Source: a virus
Taxonomy: Duplodnaviria > Caudoviricetes
Strand: one strand, 5' to 3'
Virus record (IMG/VR): IMGVR_UViG_3300032073_000145
Coordinates: 1-30,820 of that record
DNA length: 30,820 nt
Part shown: positions 1 to 11,400 of the stretch, piece by piece
Numbering within the stretch: the first letter of the stretch is position 1
Layout of the letters: each line of letters opens with the position of its first letter
Position numbers and translations under genes: made by a program
The notes under the pieces: model-generated
What the model was told of the DNA's origin: nothing
The model's database searches: none
Seen by the model: only the letters and a program-made list of their open reading frames with translations

Positions 1-1
1 A

Positions 2-1261
2 TCTATTTATGATATGAATAATGGCGAGGAATGCGCTATGGTTAAAACTAGTGTTAATGGAGGATTAAGTGTATTCTTTGGAAATAATCAATTTGGACAA
101 CCTCCAGCATTAGGATCAAGAATACGAGTAACTTATGTTAAGACAAGAGGAAGTGCTGGAAACATTGGAGGAAAACAATTGGATATTAAATTTTCTGAAC
201 CAGGTACAGATTCATCTGGTGAGCAAGTAGATTTAAATGAAGTTCTTGCATTAAACATTACAAGAAATCCTATGTTTGGTTCTAATTCTGAAGATCCTGC
301 ATTTACTAGGTTAATTGCACCGTATGCAAGTAATTCATTTGTATTAGCTAATCCTAATAATTATATTTACTATTTAAGCAAGTATGATTTTTGGTCTTTT
401 ATAGATGCTTACAATACAAAGAATGATCAATACTTAGATGATGATAATATTATTTACTTATTTTTAATTCCTGATGTAAAGAAAAAATTAACTAGCGATT
501 TAGATTACTTTAATGTACCAGAAGTAGAATTTACTATGACTGATGCTGAAAAGGAAATGACTTATGAAATTTTAAATAAAAGTGGAAGACAGGTTGTTAC
601 TGCTGAGGTTAGAATCAAGGATCCTATTATTAGAAAGTATGCTCTGAATGTTGTAATAAGATATTTTGAAAATTTTGATAAAGATGCCATAAGAGTAGAA
701 ATTAGAAAGAACCTAGATGATTATTTCTTAAATGTTAATAGAAGAGATAGAATTCCAAGATCGGATATTATTTCTATTATTGAAAATGTAGAAGGTGTAG
801 ATTCTGTAAATGTATTCTTTATTTCAGAACAGAATGAAGAAGCAATTAGAAATGGTTTTTATTTTGTAAAAGTGTATGGCACAGATCCTGTAACTGACCA
901 AAGAGTTTTAATTGAAAACAAAAAGATTGTACTAAAAGAAGGTGAAGATCCTCAATTAGGATTAGATAGTTTTGGTGATGTTCTTATTGGGAATGATGAA
1001 TTAGCTATTATAAGAGGAGGGTGGAAAGACAGAAATGGTACCTTCTATGAGCCTATACCTGAAGCTAATAAAATTAGTTCTTTAAATGTATTCTATAAAG
1101 AAGCTATTCCAAATAATCTTTATAATAAAATACAGCAAGAAAAATATAATAAAGCTCAACGTAATAGGGGAACTACTATTGCTACTGGAAATAATGCAAG
1201 AGGTTTAAATACAGGTAGGTTACAAGATTCACCAACGTTAAAAGCACTTAAAGGAAATTAA
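2..1261 (+). CDS. gp6: Baseplate wedge subunit, T4 gp6 / baseplate-J-like (5' truncated by window edge)
   Basis: Frame is open from base 2 (TCT ATT TAT GAT ATG), so the true start is probably upstream of the window. FFGNNQFGQPPALGSRIRVTYVKTRGSAGN matches the gp6/J-type FGDGxxGxxPxxGxxIxxxYxxxxGxxGN motif. SDIISIIENVEGVDSVNV is typical of J-like C-terminal domains. Confidence 0.8.
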   Translation, partial: SIYDMNNGEECAMVKTSVNGGLSVFFGNNQFGQPPALGSRIRVTYVKTRGSAGNIGGKQLDIKFSEPGTDSSGEQVDLNEVLALNITRNPMFGSNSEDPAFTRLIAPYASNSFVLANPNNYIYYLSKYDFWSFIDAYNTKNDQYLDDDNIIYLFLIPDVKKKLTSDLDYFNVPEVEFTMTDAEKEMTYEILNKSGRQVVTAEVRIKDPIIRKYALNVVIRYFENFDKDAIRVEIRKNLDDYFLNVNRRDRIPRSDIISIIENVEGVDSVNVFFISEQNEEAIRNGFYFVKVYGTDPVTDQRVLIENKKIVLKEGEDPQLGLDSFGDVLIGNDELAIIRGGWKDRNGTFYEPIPEANKISSLNVFYKEAIPNNLYNKIQQEKYNKAQRNRGTTIATGNNARGLNTGRLQDSPTLKALKGN

Positions 1262-1262
1262 T

Positions 1263-1532
1263 ATGGCTACAGTAAAAAATGATAGAACAGGATTCCCTAG
1301 CTTATATAGAGCTACTTATGAAGAAGGTTGGAATTTAAAAAATACAGGATATGATTATTCCAAAACTTTATTAAACATAAGTATGTCAAAATATATGTTT
1401 AAGAATCCACATCTTAAAAAATTCTTAGAAGATTATCTTAATCCTATTATGGTATTTTGGGTTAATAAAGTTAAGTACCTAAGAATCTATTATAACTTTG
1501 CTGTACCTAAGTGGTACCAAAAAATAAATTAA
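1263..1532 (+). CDS. Small hypothetical protein in baseplate cluster (89 aa)
   Basis: ORF fits tightly between the gp6-like and gp7-like genes (1 and 6 nt gaps); no recognised motif. Confidence 0.65.
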   Translation: MATVKNDRTGFPSLYRATYEEGWNLKNTGYDYSKTLLNISMSKYMFKNPHLKKFLEDYLNPIMVFWVNKVKYLRIYYNFAVPKWYQKIN

Positions 1533-1538
1533 GACGTA

Positions 1539-4500
1539 GTGGCGAACTGGGAACACTTATACTTCTTTGATAAAAATGGGAAGAATTACAATATGGAATA
1601 TGACAAGTCTGCTGATAAGTGGACGGGTGATATTTTTATTTCTCAAGTTTCTATTGATTTATTTGAAGTAGGTCAATTATTTATTTTACAAAAAATGATT
1701 AACTCCACTACAAGTGCTTTTGAGTGGGGATATCCACATGGCTATACTGATGCACCTACTGGTGAACCTACTGGGCAAGCTGCTTGTGATTGGGTTGTAG
1801 ATTGGAAGACAGATGATCCATCTCAAATTTTTCTATTTAAATTTGATATGGATTTTATCACTGGTACACAATCTGCTTTGGTACAAGAACCTGATGGTCC
1901 TAATTTAATAAAGTTAGCTAAAGTAAATGTACCTTTAGATTTTGATATAAATCAAAAGGTAGATGGAGAAGGGTATATTATTACTGATGAAATAAGATCT
2001 ATTGCAATGCAAGTTAATATTGCATTCTCGTCTCCAATAGAAAATACCTATAAAAGAACTTTAACTATAACAGATGAATGTACTAATACTATAATTGCAG
2101 AATTTACTGTTTATGCAGAAAGTATTGAAGAAGATGAAAGATTAAGAGTTATGACCCAGAATCTAGGTTATAATGTTATTGCTTCAGATAGTACTGTTTT
2201 TAAAGATACTAATATAAAAGAAGTTTTACCTGATTATGTAGAAATAAATCTTAAGCGTAAAGAGATAATGTTAGAAGGGTCTAACATATATCCTTTTATT
2301 GGTGCATATAAAGGTTTAATAAATGCAATCAAATTTTTTGGATATGATACTCTAAAAGTTAAAGAATTCTGGAAAAATGTAAATGCAAATTCACCAACAT
2401 TTGGAAAGTATATTCAAAGTAGTGCTATAGATTTATTTTCTCCTACTGCTCAATTTGATGATAGGAAGATAACTTTACCTAATAAGAACTTTAGGAAAAC
2501 TAGTATGTTTGAACTTATCTATAGAATTAATAAAATTGTACCTAATAAGTTTACAGATGAAGACTTGCCTATTACTAAGGAGGTACAAGAATTTACTATA
2601 GAAGAAACGCTTATTAAATTATTTGGTTTAAAAAGAAAATTAGAGAATGAATATTTACCACTTAATGCTCATATAAAAGGAATAACAGCAGAGGCTGATT
2701 TTTTTGGTTTATTAGAAGTTACAAATACAATTAGTAGAAATGATACCAATACTATACAAGCAGGAGTAAAGGCATCTTTTAAAACACTACCTAATGAATG
2801 TTTATATTTAGAAGATTTAAGAGATTTTCAATCTTTTTGTTTAAAAGAAGCTGCAATAGTTGGTAAAGCAATAATAAATTATTGTAATGCTTACATTGCA
2901 CCATTAGGCGCAGGTGGTGCTGCTGTTGGTGCAAATATGGTAGCTTCATATACACCAGGCCAAGCTTTACCTGCTCCACCGATAGGACCTGATGTTAATA
3001 GTGTATTAGGAACATTACAAGATGGAGGAAATGTATCTATTCAATCAGTGGCTGGAGTATATGCTGCTTACTTTTCTAGATATGCTCCTGATTTGGATAG
3101 AACATTAGCTGATTATGTTCCAGGAGAATCATCATTAAGTTTACCAGATCAACCCGGCACTCCTAGTGGTGCTTTAGTTACTTTAGAAAATGATACTTTT
3201 TCTAATATAACTTGGGACACTATAAATAGTACATGGGATCAATTAACTAATGCTAATGATTTCTTTACATTTGACTTTAATGTACAAGGAGCCCTAGTTG
3301 GGGATGTATATAGTATTAGTGATCCTGCAACATCAACCTCAGTTAGTCATACTGTTGTTTTTGGAGATACTATTCAAATAATTACTACTTCTTTATTTAA
3401 TCAAATAGTAGCACTTAAGAATCTTCAAACGGAACCTTGGTTATGGTTTGATTGGTCTCAGGTTACAAATGATATTGGCCCATGTATCAGAGCTTATGGA
3501 AATGATGTTAATAGATTTGTAGCTGAAGTTCAATTAGCAACGGCAGGAACAGGTGGTCAATTTACTGATATTCAATTACCAGGAGAAACTTTATTTACAT
3601 GGGATGGTTTAAAATATGCTAACATGGCTGAAATTGAGTGGACTATCTTTAAAGACGAAACTGATATTTCTCCTGCTTATTATTTTAATATAAGAGGAGC
3701 TATTGGAATTTACAATAGTTTACCAGTCACATTACCTTATGTAGGTGAGTATACAGTTGAAATGAGATTATATGATATGTATAATAATGTTTCTAATTTG
3801 GTTAAAGAATCTACAATATGTGTTGATTCTAGAGAAGTTGAATATTCTGGCTGGTACCAAGCAAGGAAGTTAAATTATACATGGAGTAGTGAAGGTAAAT
3901 ATACATGGAAAAATTATGGTGCATTATGGAACTTACCACAATCTCCTACAATAACATGGGATGATGAAACTCCTAGCTTATATGAATCTCTTGATCGTGT
4001 TAATGCTATTCTAAATAATTTTGGAATTGGTACAAATGCTGATTTTCAAATTCTTAATTTTCAAGATAATGGAAAGGCTAGTTTTACAGGACCATACCAA
4101 TGGAAGAATTTAAATACAACAAGCAGTACTTGGAATAATGCATATCACTTATGGTGGGATATGACTCAATGTACTGGAGATACTCCTGCATTTTTTCAAT
4201 TTAGTGAAATTAAACCTAATTCATATTTAAAGATCGTAGATAAAAATGGACAAACAGGACAACATTATTTTGATTTTGCTACTAATACTTTAAGTGAGGC
4301 TGTTAATCAACTTAACTTAAGTTCAGATCCTATCATAAATAAGTATGTTTATAATCTTGTTTTAGATTCATCATATAATCAGGTTTTTGTACAGGCAGTC
4401 TCTAGATATTATGGAGTATTTGGAGATTTTACTTCTGTTGATATAGTTGATGTAAATGGAGTTAGAATCTGTGCAGCATCAACAGGAACAGGAACTGATT

Positions 4501-5663
4501 ATGTTGGAGGGCCTTTACAAACTTCAACACTATATCCACCCTTTGACAGATCATTAGCAATTAATGGATCTACTTTGGTAGCATTACCATCATTAGGTGG
4601 AACTAATCCAGTTACAGATGAATTTGTTAAAAAAGTTGCAAGAGTATATGAAATGATCTTAGAACCAGATGCAACAGGAATTACATATAATAAACAGGCG
4701 GCGATTCTACAATCTTTACAAACTAAAAAGACTATTCAAAGAATAGGATATAATGGAATGGGAGATTATACTCCTTCTTTAGAAACCTATCCTGGTTGGG
4801 ATAACACAAATGATAATAATGCTAATGTTGACTTTATTTGGGAATTGAGTTCAGGTTCTCCTAATGATCAGATAACAGAAGTATTAGAACATACTTTACA
4901 TACCCTAACTACATTTGGTTTACCAGGTGCATATCCTACTGTTTTTAATCAGACTTCATCTTTTGGTCCTACATTTTTAGCTATGTCTGAAGCAATTAAT
5001 AATGGAACATTTGATACTTCAGCTTATACACAACAGCCTGGCCAGACTTTAGATGAATTTAATGCTTTATTGATGAGAGAATATTTATACTTATTAATTT
5101 ATGCAGAATGGAATTTTATTACTACTTATGTAAGCGGAGGTTCTTTAGCACCTGAATGGACGGCTACTACCCCAGCTCTAGTAGCTTCACAAAACCCTTT
5201 AGGTCATGCACTATATACTGATTATATAAGTAAAGTATTAGCTAAACCTTCTACTGTTATTTTGGATTCAATGTTTGCTGTTGGAGGATTATCTGGATAT
5301 GTTCCTTTTGAAAATACTCCAATAAGTGGAAATGTAGATTGTTTAAGTAGAATTTATAAAGAAGGGCAAAGCAGATCCGGTAATGCAACATGGAATACTG
5401 CTAAATTTATTAATGATGGTAAAGTATTACCTCCTATGACATGGGCAATGTTTGTTTATGATAAATGTAGAATAGTTGGTAAGGAACAACCGAGATGGAC
5501 TATATCTAATACTACTGACTCATCGGTAGCGGATATATATTTCAATAGTAAGTATTTAACCTATCTTTTTAAGAACCCAGGAAGATATGTGATCACGTTA
5601 GAACTTACTGATAACAATGGGAATAAATATAAAAAGGATAGAAATATCTTAAATATAAAATAA
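1539..5663 (+). CDS. Large baseplate wedge protein (T4 gp7 / P2 gpI-like core) with PKD-like domains and an inserted zincin-like domain
   Basis: GTG start. IGAYKGLINAIKFFGY resembles the gpI/gp7 KGTxxGlxxxlxxxG motif. PKD-like strands PYVGEYTVEMRLYD and YLFKNPGRYVITLELTD. EVLEHTLH...REYLY...EW domain at about 4500-5310. Follows gp6. Confidence 0.6.
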   Translation: MANWEHLYFFDKNGKNYNMEYDKSADKWTGDIFISQVSIDLFEVGQLFILQKMINSTTSAFEWGYPHGYTDAPTGEPTGQAACDWVVDWKTDDPSQIFLFKFDMDFITGTQSALVQEPDGPNLIKLAKVNVPLDFDINQKVDGEGYIITDEIRSIAMQVNIAFSSPIENTYKRTLTITDECTNTIIAEFTVYAESIEEDERLRVMTQNLGYNVIASDSTVFKDTNIKEVLPDYVEINLKRKEIMLEGSNIYPFIGAYKGLINAIKFFGYDTLKVKEFWKNVNANSPTFGKYIQSSAIDLFSPTAQFDDRKITLPNKNFRKTSMFELIYRINKIVPNKFTDEDLPITKEVQEFTIEETLIKLFGLKRKLENEYLPLNAHIKGITAEADFFGLLEVTNTISRNDTNTIQAGVKASFKTLPNECLYLEDLRDFQSFCLKEAAIVGKAIINYCNAYIAPLGAGGAAVGANMVASYTPGQALPAPPIGPDVNSVLGTLQDGGNVSIQSVAGVYAAYFSRYAPDLDRTLADYVPGESSLSLPDQPGTPSGALVTLENDTFSNITWDTINSTWDQLTNANDFFTFDFNVQGALVGDVYSISDPATSTSVSHTVVFGDTIQIITTSLFNQIVALKNLQTEPWLWFDWSQVTNDIGPCIRAYGNDVNRFVAEVQLATAGTGGQFTDIQLPGETLFTWDGLKYANMAEIEWTIFKDETDISPAYYFNIRGAIGIYNSLPVTLPYVGEYTVEMRLYDMYNNVSNLVKESTICVDSREVEYSGWYQARKLNYTWSSEGKYTWKNYGALWNLPQSPTITWDDETPSLYESLDRVNAILNNFGIGTNADFQILNFQDNGKASFTGPYQWKNLNTTSSTWNNAYHLWWDMTQCTGDTPAFFQFSEIKPNSYLKIVDKNGQTGQHYFDFATNTLSEAVNQLNLSSDPIINKYVYNLVLDSSYNQVFVQAVSRYYGVFGDFTSVDIVDVNGVRICAASTGTGTDYVGGPLQTSTLYPPFDRSLAINGSTLVALPSLGGTNPVTDEFVKKVARVYEMILEPDATGITYNKQAAILQSLQTKKTIQRIGYNGMGDYTPSLETYPGWDNTNDNNANVDFIWELSSGSPNDQITEVLEHTLHTLTTFGLPGAYPTVFNQTSSFGPTFLAMSEAINNGTFDTSAYTQQPGQTLDEFNALLMREYLYLLIYAEWNFITTYVSGGSLAPEWTATTPALVASQNPLGHALYTDYISKVLAKPSTVILDSMFAVGGLSGYVPFENTPISGNVDCLSRIYKEGQSRSGNATWNTAKFINDGKVLPPMTWAMFVYDKCRIVGKEQPRWTISNTTDSSVADIYFNSKYLTYLFKNPGRYVITLELTDNNGNKYKKDRNILNIK
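5622..5629 (+). promoter_or_regulatory. T4-type late promoter candidate AATAAATA
   Basis: About 43 nt upstream of the 5672 start; resembles T4 TATAAATA. Confidence 0.4.
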
Positions 5664-5671
5664 CAAAGAAA

Positions 5672-6319
5672 ATGGCAATTAGCGTAACAGAAATTCTAGG
5701 AACGGATTCATTATCAGGATCAAGGTTAGTTATTAATGATAACTTCAATGTTCTTGCTAGTGAGATTAATTCTATGGAGGTGTATTTTGCACCATCAGCC
5801 GGTACAATTACTAATTTAAATAATGTATCTACCGAAGCATTAAGGGTAGGTTTAAGTACCGTACTATTAGATATTAATGCAAGTACATTTGATATTCTTA
5901 CTAATGTTAAGATGACTGGTAATTTAAATTTGACAGGTGGAGGTTTATTCAGAAATGATACTAATCCTACTACCCAAAATGATACATTAGCAGGACCAGG
6001 TATGACATTAGATATTGGAGCGACTGGAGCAATTCCACCGTATTCAATTTATAGAGTAGGTAATTCAGATACTACCAATAATCTACAAATAGATATATTT
6101 AATGGAAGTATTGGTCAGGAATTATTCCTTATCTATGCAGAATCAAATACAGGTACTGTAAGATTTAATGGTGTATCAAATAACTTGGTATTAACTGGTG
6201 CAGGATCTAATTTAGATTTAACTGCATTAGGACAGAGTGTACACTTATTATGTATTGACAATGGATCAGGCGTAGGAGTTTGGTATGTTGTTGGTGGAAC
6301 AGGATATACAGTATCATAA
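5672..6319 (+). CDS. Short baseplate-attached fibre/connector protein
   Basis: N-terminal ILGTDSLSGSRLVINDNFNVL resembles the D.l......iN.NF..L anchor of gp9/gp10-like and fibre proteins; beta-rich Gly/Thr/Asn C-terminus. Confidence 0.55.
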   Translation: MAISVTEILGTDSLSGSRLVINDNFNVLASEINSMEVYFAPSAGTITNLNNVSTEALRVGLSTVLLDINASTFDILTNVKMTGNLNLTGGGLFRNDTNPTTQNDTLAGPGMTLDIGATGAIPPYSIYRVGNSDTTNNLQIDIFNGSIGQELFLIYAESNTGTVRFNGVSNNLVLTGAGSNLDLTALGQSVHLLCIDNGSGVGVWYVVGGTGYTVS

Positions 6320-6336
6320 CAATAAAGAATTAACAC

Positions 6337-8457
6337 ATGGCAACGACGCCCTTAATTAGAACACCCCAAGCAGACGGTGGAACATTTTACACGTTCTCGT
6401 CATCAGCTAAAGACTTATCTAGGACCATCAATAATGATGATCTAAAGTTGGTCTTTTCTAAGTTTGTGCTTCTTAATCTACCAGATTTTGATAGATTAGA
6501 TCCAAACACATTTAGTAATTATCAAAACTATATGCAGTTTGATACAATTGATGGTGCTATTTGGTCAGGTGGTTTAAAAGGTGATCCTAATGTTAATTTT
6601 ACAGAGAGTCTTCAAAATTATGCGCTAAATTTAGAAGAATTAATTATAAGTGATGCCAGTTATGATAACACTACAAATCTAACTGTAACTGAGAGAGTAT
6701 TCTTTAAATGGTTAAAGGAAACTGGTGCAATGAGATTCAGAGAAGCTACTTCAGCAGAAAAAATCTCAAGCCTTACTGATAAAAGATTTTGTGAAGAAGA
6801 TGAAATAACAAGTGGTCCTCGACAATACAGAAGAGTAGTAAAGTATATAGGTGAAATTGACATTGTAAATAATGTAGATAAGGCCGGTGAATCATATACA
6901 GAATTATATATTAATGTACCAACGGAAGTGGGTAGAACGCCTACTATCCTCTTTGATTCAATTTCAGATGTCAACTATAGCCCTTCACTAAAGATTCAAG
7001 GAACTAGTGAATATATTATGGGAAGAAATTCTGCAACCGTTCACCCACAAGGATTAGATATTTTAGCTTGGTATGATTATGATCAACAATTACAAGGTAT
7101 AGGTCCTGCTGGTTATACAGATCCAGATGCTGATTGGATGGGGTTAGGACCAGGTACAACTGTATCCGTTGCCGATGCTTATTTTACAGAACCTACAACC
7201 TTTGAAAGTGTTCTTAATGCTAACATACAAAAATATCCAGCAGATTATAATAACCCACCAGGATTTTCAGGATCTGCATATGTAAGAAGTGAATTAGATG
7301 GAATTAGTATTGATTTTAATCCTAATGATTATCAACAAATTGCAACAGACCAAAATATATCAACTATTCCACAATTTAATGGAACTGATTTAGCTGAGTC
7401 TTTTGAATTTAATGCTGTGTTAGTTTATTATGATATGGTAGACTTAAGCGATTCTTCTAAGACTAAAACTAATTTATATGGAATTTTATTATTAGATAAT
7501 ATTACTCCAACTACAGATGGTGGATATATTCAAAGATATCCTAAATATAAACCTAATCCTACTACTGGCCAAAATGGTAATAGTTATGGATTTAAAATTA
7601 ATTTAAGGTTTGATGCTTCTCCTGGAACTGCAGGTATTGATACAATTGTAAATGATTATAATACCTTTTCAATGGGATTATTTTCAGATGCATCTGCACA
7701 ATTACAAGCATCATCACAAATATTCCAAAGACAGCAATTAGAGATTGCTGATATGGAAAAAAGATTAACGGCTGTACAAAATACATTAAACTCTGTATCT
7801 ACTTCAGCATTTTTACAAGCACAAATTGATAATATGCAAACTCAGATTGATAATGCTTCGTTAGCTTTTGCGAGCAGTACTACATTATTAGATTTGATTG
7901 CAAAGAATGCAGATGAAATACAAGCATTGGCTAATGGAGATGTTTCAAAGACATTACAATATAATACTGATGTAGTTAGACAAGGTACTGGTATAACTAT
8001 AAATACTAATACACCTAATCAAATACAAGTTTCAAATAATGTACAGGCATACAATTTAATGGTTCCTGTTGATAGCGGAGATGTTCAAATAACAAAAGCA
8101 GCTCCTCTTAATTTAAATGTAGTAGCCCCTCAAGTATTTGCAGATTTATTAACATACACTAATATGTTAAGATTAGATACAATTAATACTGCTGGTGGTG
8201 ATATAAACATTTATATAGATGATACAGATATACAATGGAGAACTGGTCAGACTGCAAGAATAACATTTAATAATGTTCCTTTAGTAGGATCAAGAAATAT
8301 TAACATATATACTGATGCACCTAGTAGACTGAACAATGGAACATTTGGTAAATTAGCAGCAACTATACCTAATGCAGATATTAGTACATTACCGATTATT
8401 GATTTAATCTGTACTGAACAAGGTGTGTTAAACTTTGTATTTGATATAGTTAAATAA
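6337..8457 (+). CDS. Virion structural protein (baseplate/tail region) with central coiled coil, 706 aa
   Basis: Long ORF in the tail module; heptad segment QQLEIADMEKRLTAVQNTLNSV...LQAQIDNMQTQIDN; beta-rich C-terminus. Confidence 0.55.
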   Translation: MATTPLIRTPQADGGTFYTFSSSAKDLSRTINNDDLKLVFSKFVLLNLPDFDRLDPNTFSNYQNYMQFDTIDGAIWSGGLKGDPNVNFTESLQNYALNLEELIISDASYDNTTNLTVTERVFFKWLKETGAMRFREATSAEKISSLTDKRFCEEDEITSGPRQYRRVVKYIGEIDIVNNVDKAGESYTELYINVPTEVGRTPTILFDSISDVNYSPSLKIQGTSEYIMGRNSATVHPQGLDILAWYDYDQQLQGIGPAGYTDPDADWMGLGPGTTVSVADAYFTEPTTFESVLNANIQKYPADYNNPPGFSGSAYVRSELDGISIDFNPNDYQQIATDQNISTIPQFNGTDLAESFEFNAVLVYYDMVDLSDSSKTKTNLYGILLLDNITPTTDGGYIQRYPKYKPNPTTGQNGNSYGFKINLRFDASPGTAGIDTIVNDYNTFSMGLFSDASAQLQASSQIFQRQQLEIADMEKRLTAVQNTLNSVSTSAFLQAQIDNMQTQIDNASLAFASSTTLLDLIAKNADEIQALANGDVSKTLQYNTDVVRQGTGITINTNTPNQIQVSNNVQAYNLMVPVDSGDVQITKAAPLNLNVVAPQVFADLLTYTNMLRLDTINTAGGDINIYIDDTDIQWRTGQTARITFNNVPLVGSRNINIYTDAPSRLNNGTFGKLAATIPNADISTLPIIDLICTEQGVLNFVFDIVK

Positions 8458-8460
8458 ATA
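8453..8460 (+). promoter_or_regulatory. T4-type late promoter candidate AATAAATA
   Basis: Overlaps the upstream stop, 18 nt before ATG 8479. Confidence 0.5.
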
Positions 8461-8478
8461 ATAAAAGTAAACTAGAGA

Positions 8479-11400
8479 ATGGCTGAGAATAATTCAATAC
8501 AAACAATGTTACCGGAGTTGTTAAGACTTTTTAACAATTCATTGGAGAGCTTTGAGAAAGTTAACCAAGCGATTACATCAAGCCGAGAGTCCGTTACTGT
8601 AAATATACAGAATCAAAATGGAACAAATTCTCGTGTAACTATTCCTAGTTTTGGTTTTCTTAAAAATTCAGTTGACAGGTTACAGAGTAATATCAATACT
8701 ATTACTAATTTTAATGGTTCTGATAGTTCTATAAGATTACCTGATGGTACATTTAGAAAATTGGTTTTAGCTAAGCTTCCTACTGAGGCCGCTGATTTAA
8801 CTGCTATGACATCTGTTAATGAATTTAATGTAAAGCCTAATTGGTTTTTTGAAGAACTAATTAATCCATTATTATTTGTTTCATTTGATATAACAGGCCA
8901 AGCACCTATTGATACTGAAAGATGTATTGTTAAAAGATTTATATTAGATACTAATACACAAAGTAAAACCAATTTCTTTGACTCTAGTTATAACGGGGCA
9001 GCTGATATTAATTATGATACTTTCTTACAGCAGATTGTAGAGAAAAATATATCTTATGTATTAGATGAAGCTGTAGTTGATTTACCACCAAGAGAATTGA
9101 GATATTCTGGAATGTTTAGTGTTACTAGAATTTCTGAAGAAAGCGTAACTGAAACTGTAAATGGTGTAAATCAAACAACTACACAAAAGGTGTACAAATT
9201 AAATAAAATATTTTATACAGATTCTGAAGCGGATTTTGATGATACTGTTCAACTTAAAGTTGGTGATAGCTTAGAAGTAGTCTCATCTCCGATTGATACT
9301 AGATATACTGTATCTAGGATTGATAGTAGCACAAATTCTATTATTGTAAAATTACAAGAAGGTTCTAAAACTATAAGTATTGGTGCTGATGTTTTAAAAA
9401 TAGGATCTTCTTTAAATGATGAATTAAATGTAGATGTTACTGTAGGTTTTGGAGAAAGGTGTGTAACTTTTATTAAGCCTATTGATCCAAATTCTAAAAT
9501 ACCAGCAGTTAACTGGTCTCCAGGTAGTGGTTTTTATACTAATGATTTAAATACTATTGATGCAGCTGGTAATCAACAAACATTGGCTGATTATTATCAA
9601 CAGAGTGCTATTGATTTTGGAAGATATTTACTTTCATTTGCTCAAGATAAAATACCAACAAGCAGAGAAGGTTTAATTCCTAATGCACCAACGCTTTCTG
9701 CTGATAACTTTTCTGTTTCTTTAATTAATGGGCAAGTTAGTAATTCTGATGCTATTGTACAACTTAAAGATTTAAATAACCAGAAGAATACTAACCAGGC
9801 GCAATTAACTGAATTAGATACTGCTATATCTCAAAGTAGAACTAAAATACAAACTACTAATTACAGCACAGAGGTTGAAAGAGATGCAGATAAGAATGCG
9901 TTACAAGGACTTATAACTGAGAGAGCATCAACTTCTAAGTTGTATGCATCTGTAGTAACAGAAATAGATGCATCGGCTCAAGATAATTCAATTAATAGTA
10001 TAACACCTAAATATAGAGTAAGAGGATTCTGGGCTATGCCGCAAGAAAAGTCTGCTCCATCTACAGGTGTACAGGATATTGTTAAATTTAAATATCGTTA
10101 TAGATATCTTTCTGCTGATGGTGCAGCTAACCCCGTAGATCAATTTACTTTTGTAGATGGTAATGGAACAAGCCAAGGTGCTTTTTCAAACTATGCTCAA
10201 GTAGATAGTGTATTAAGACCTAGGGTTAGAAATCCACTTACAGGCTTATATGAATGGGCTCCTATTGATGATGATAATGCCGATTCTATAAATATTAATC
10301 AATTAGATATTCCTATTAGAAAGGGGGAGCAAGTTGAAATACAAGTAAAGTCTATATCAGAAGCAGGCTGGCCATCTAATCCATTAGAGAGTGAGTGGAG
10401 TGATGCTATAAGAGTTGAATTTCCAGCAGATCTTAGTTCTGATAATGCAGTTGAATCAATATTAGCACAGAACCAAGAAGACTTGGCTAAAGTAACTTTA
10501 CAAGAAGAATTAGAAGGTATTGGATTATATACTCATTTAAGTAGTTCTTTTACTGCTAATGAAACTTATTTTGCTCATTCAACACCAGTAATTGCATCTG
10601 GGTTTTTATCCGAAAACCAAACACCAATTGATTTATTTACTAAATTAACCGAAATGCAAAATCAGCTAGATTTATTTGCTGAGATATTAAGTAATGCACA
10701 AGGTGAAATGGTAACTACATTAATTGATGACCAAGGTAATACCACGAGGTTGGCTAGAAATTCTACAACAAAGATATTTGCTGGATTCTATTCTCAAGAA
10801 GTTGATGGTTTGGATGATCCAAGAGGAGCAGTAATTACTAAAACTTATTTTATAAACATAGGAAATAAATCTCAAACTACATTACAATTAGTTGCAAGAA
10901 TTACTGGTAATAGAAAAAGAATGGTTAGGCAATCAGAAAATCCTGCTGATGTTGCTGTTCCAGGTACTCCTAATTTAAATAATGGTACTACTATTCTTCC
11001 AGCTACTTATTCATGGTTAGATAACAGTGCTGCTAACCAAAGTAATAGTAGAGCAACATTTAGAGGGGACGATGTTGATTATAATACTATAAGAAAATAT
11101 GACTTAACACCTTTACTTTTAACTAACCCTACAGTTACAAGTACTACTAGATATGGACAGACTGTTTCTTTAGCACCATATCAATCAACACAAAATAAAA
11201 ATCAATTTATTTATAGTAGATTTTCTGATGTTAGCTCTGATAATAATTTTTATAGTTATGTTAATCCAGCTGGAGATTATACATTTAATTTAGATACCTT
11301 AGAAAATTTTTATACAAGAACTACCGATTCTGGTGTTGCAACTCCAACTACTCAATTTATTTGGAGTGGTGGATTTACAGCAGGTGGCGCACCTACTACA

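Noticed and set aside
4470-5342. Insert in the gp7-like protein as an intein or homing endonuclease
   Set aside because: No HN-C/S/T splice junction and no LAGLIDADG, HNH or GIY-YIG motifs seen.
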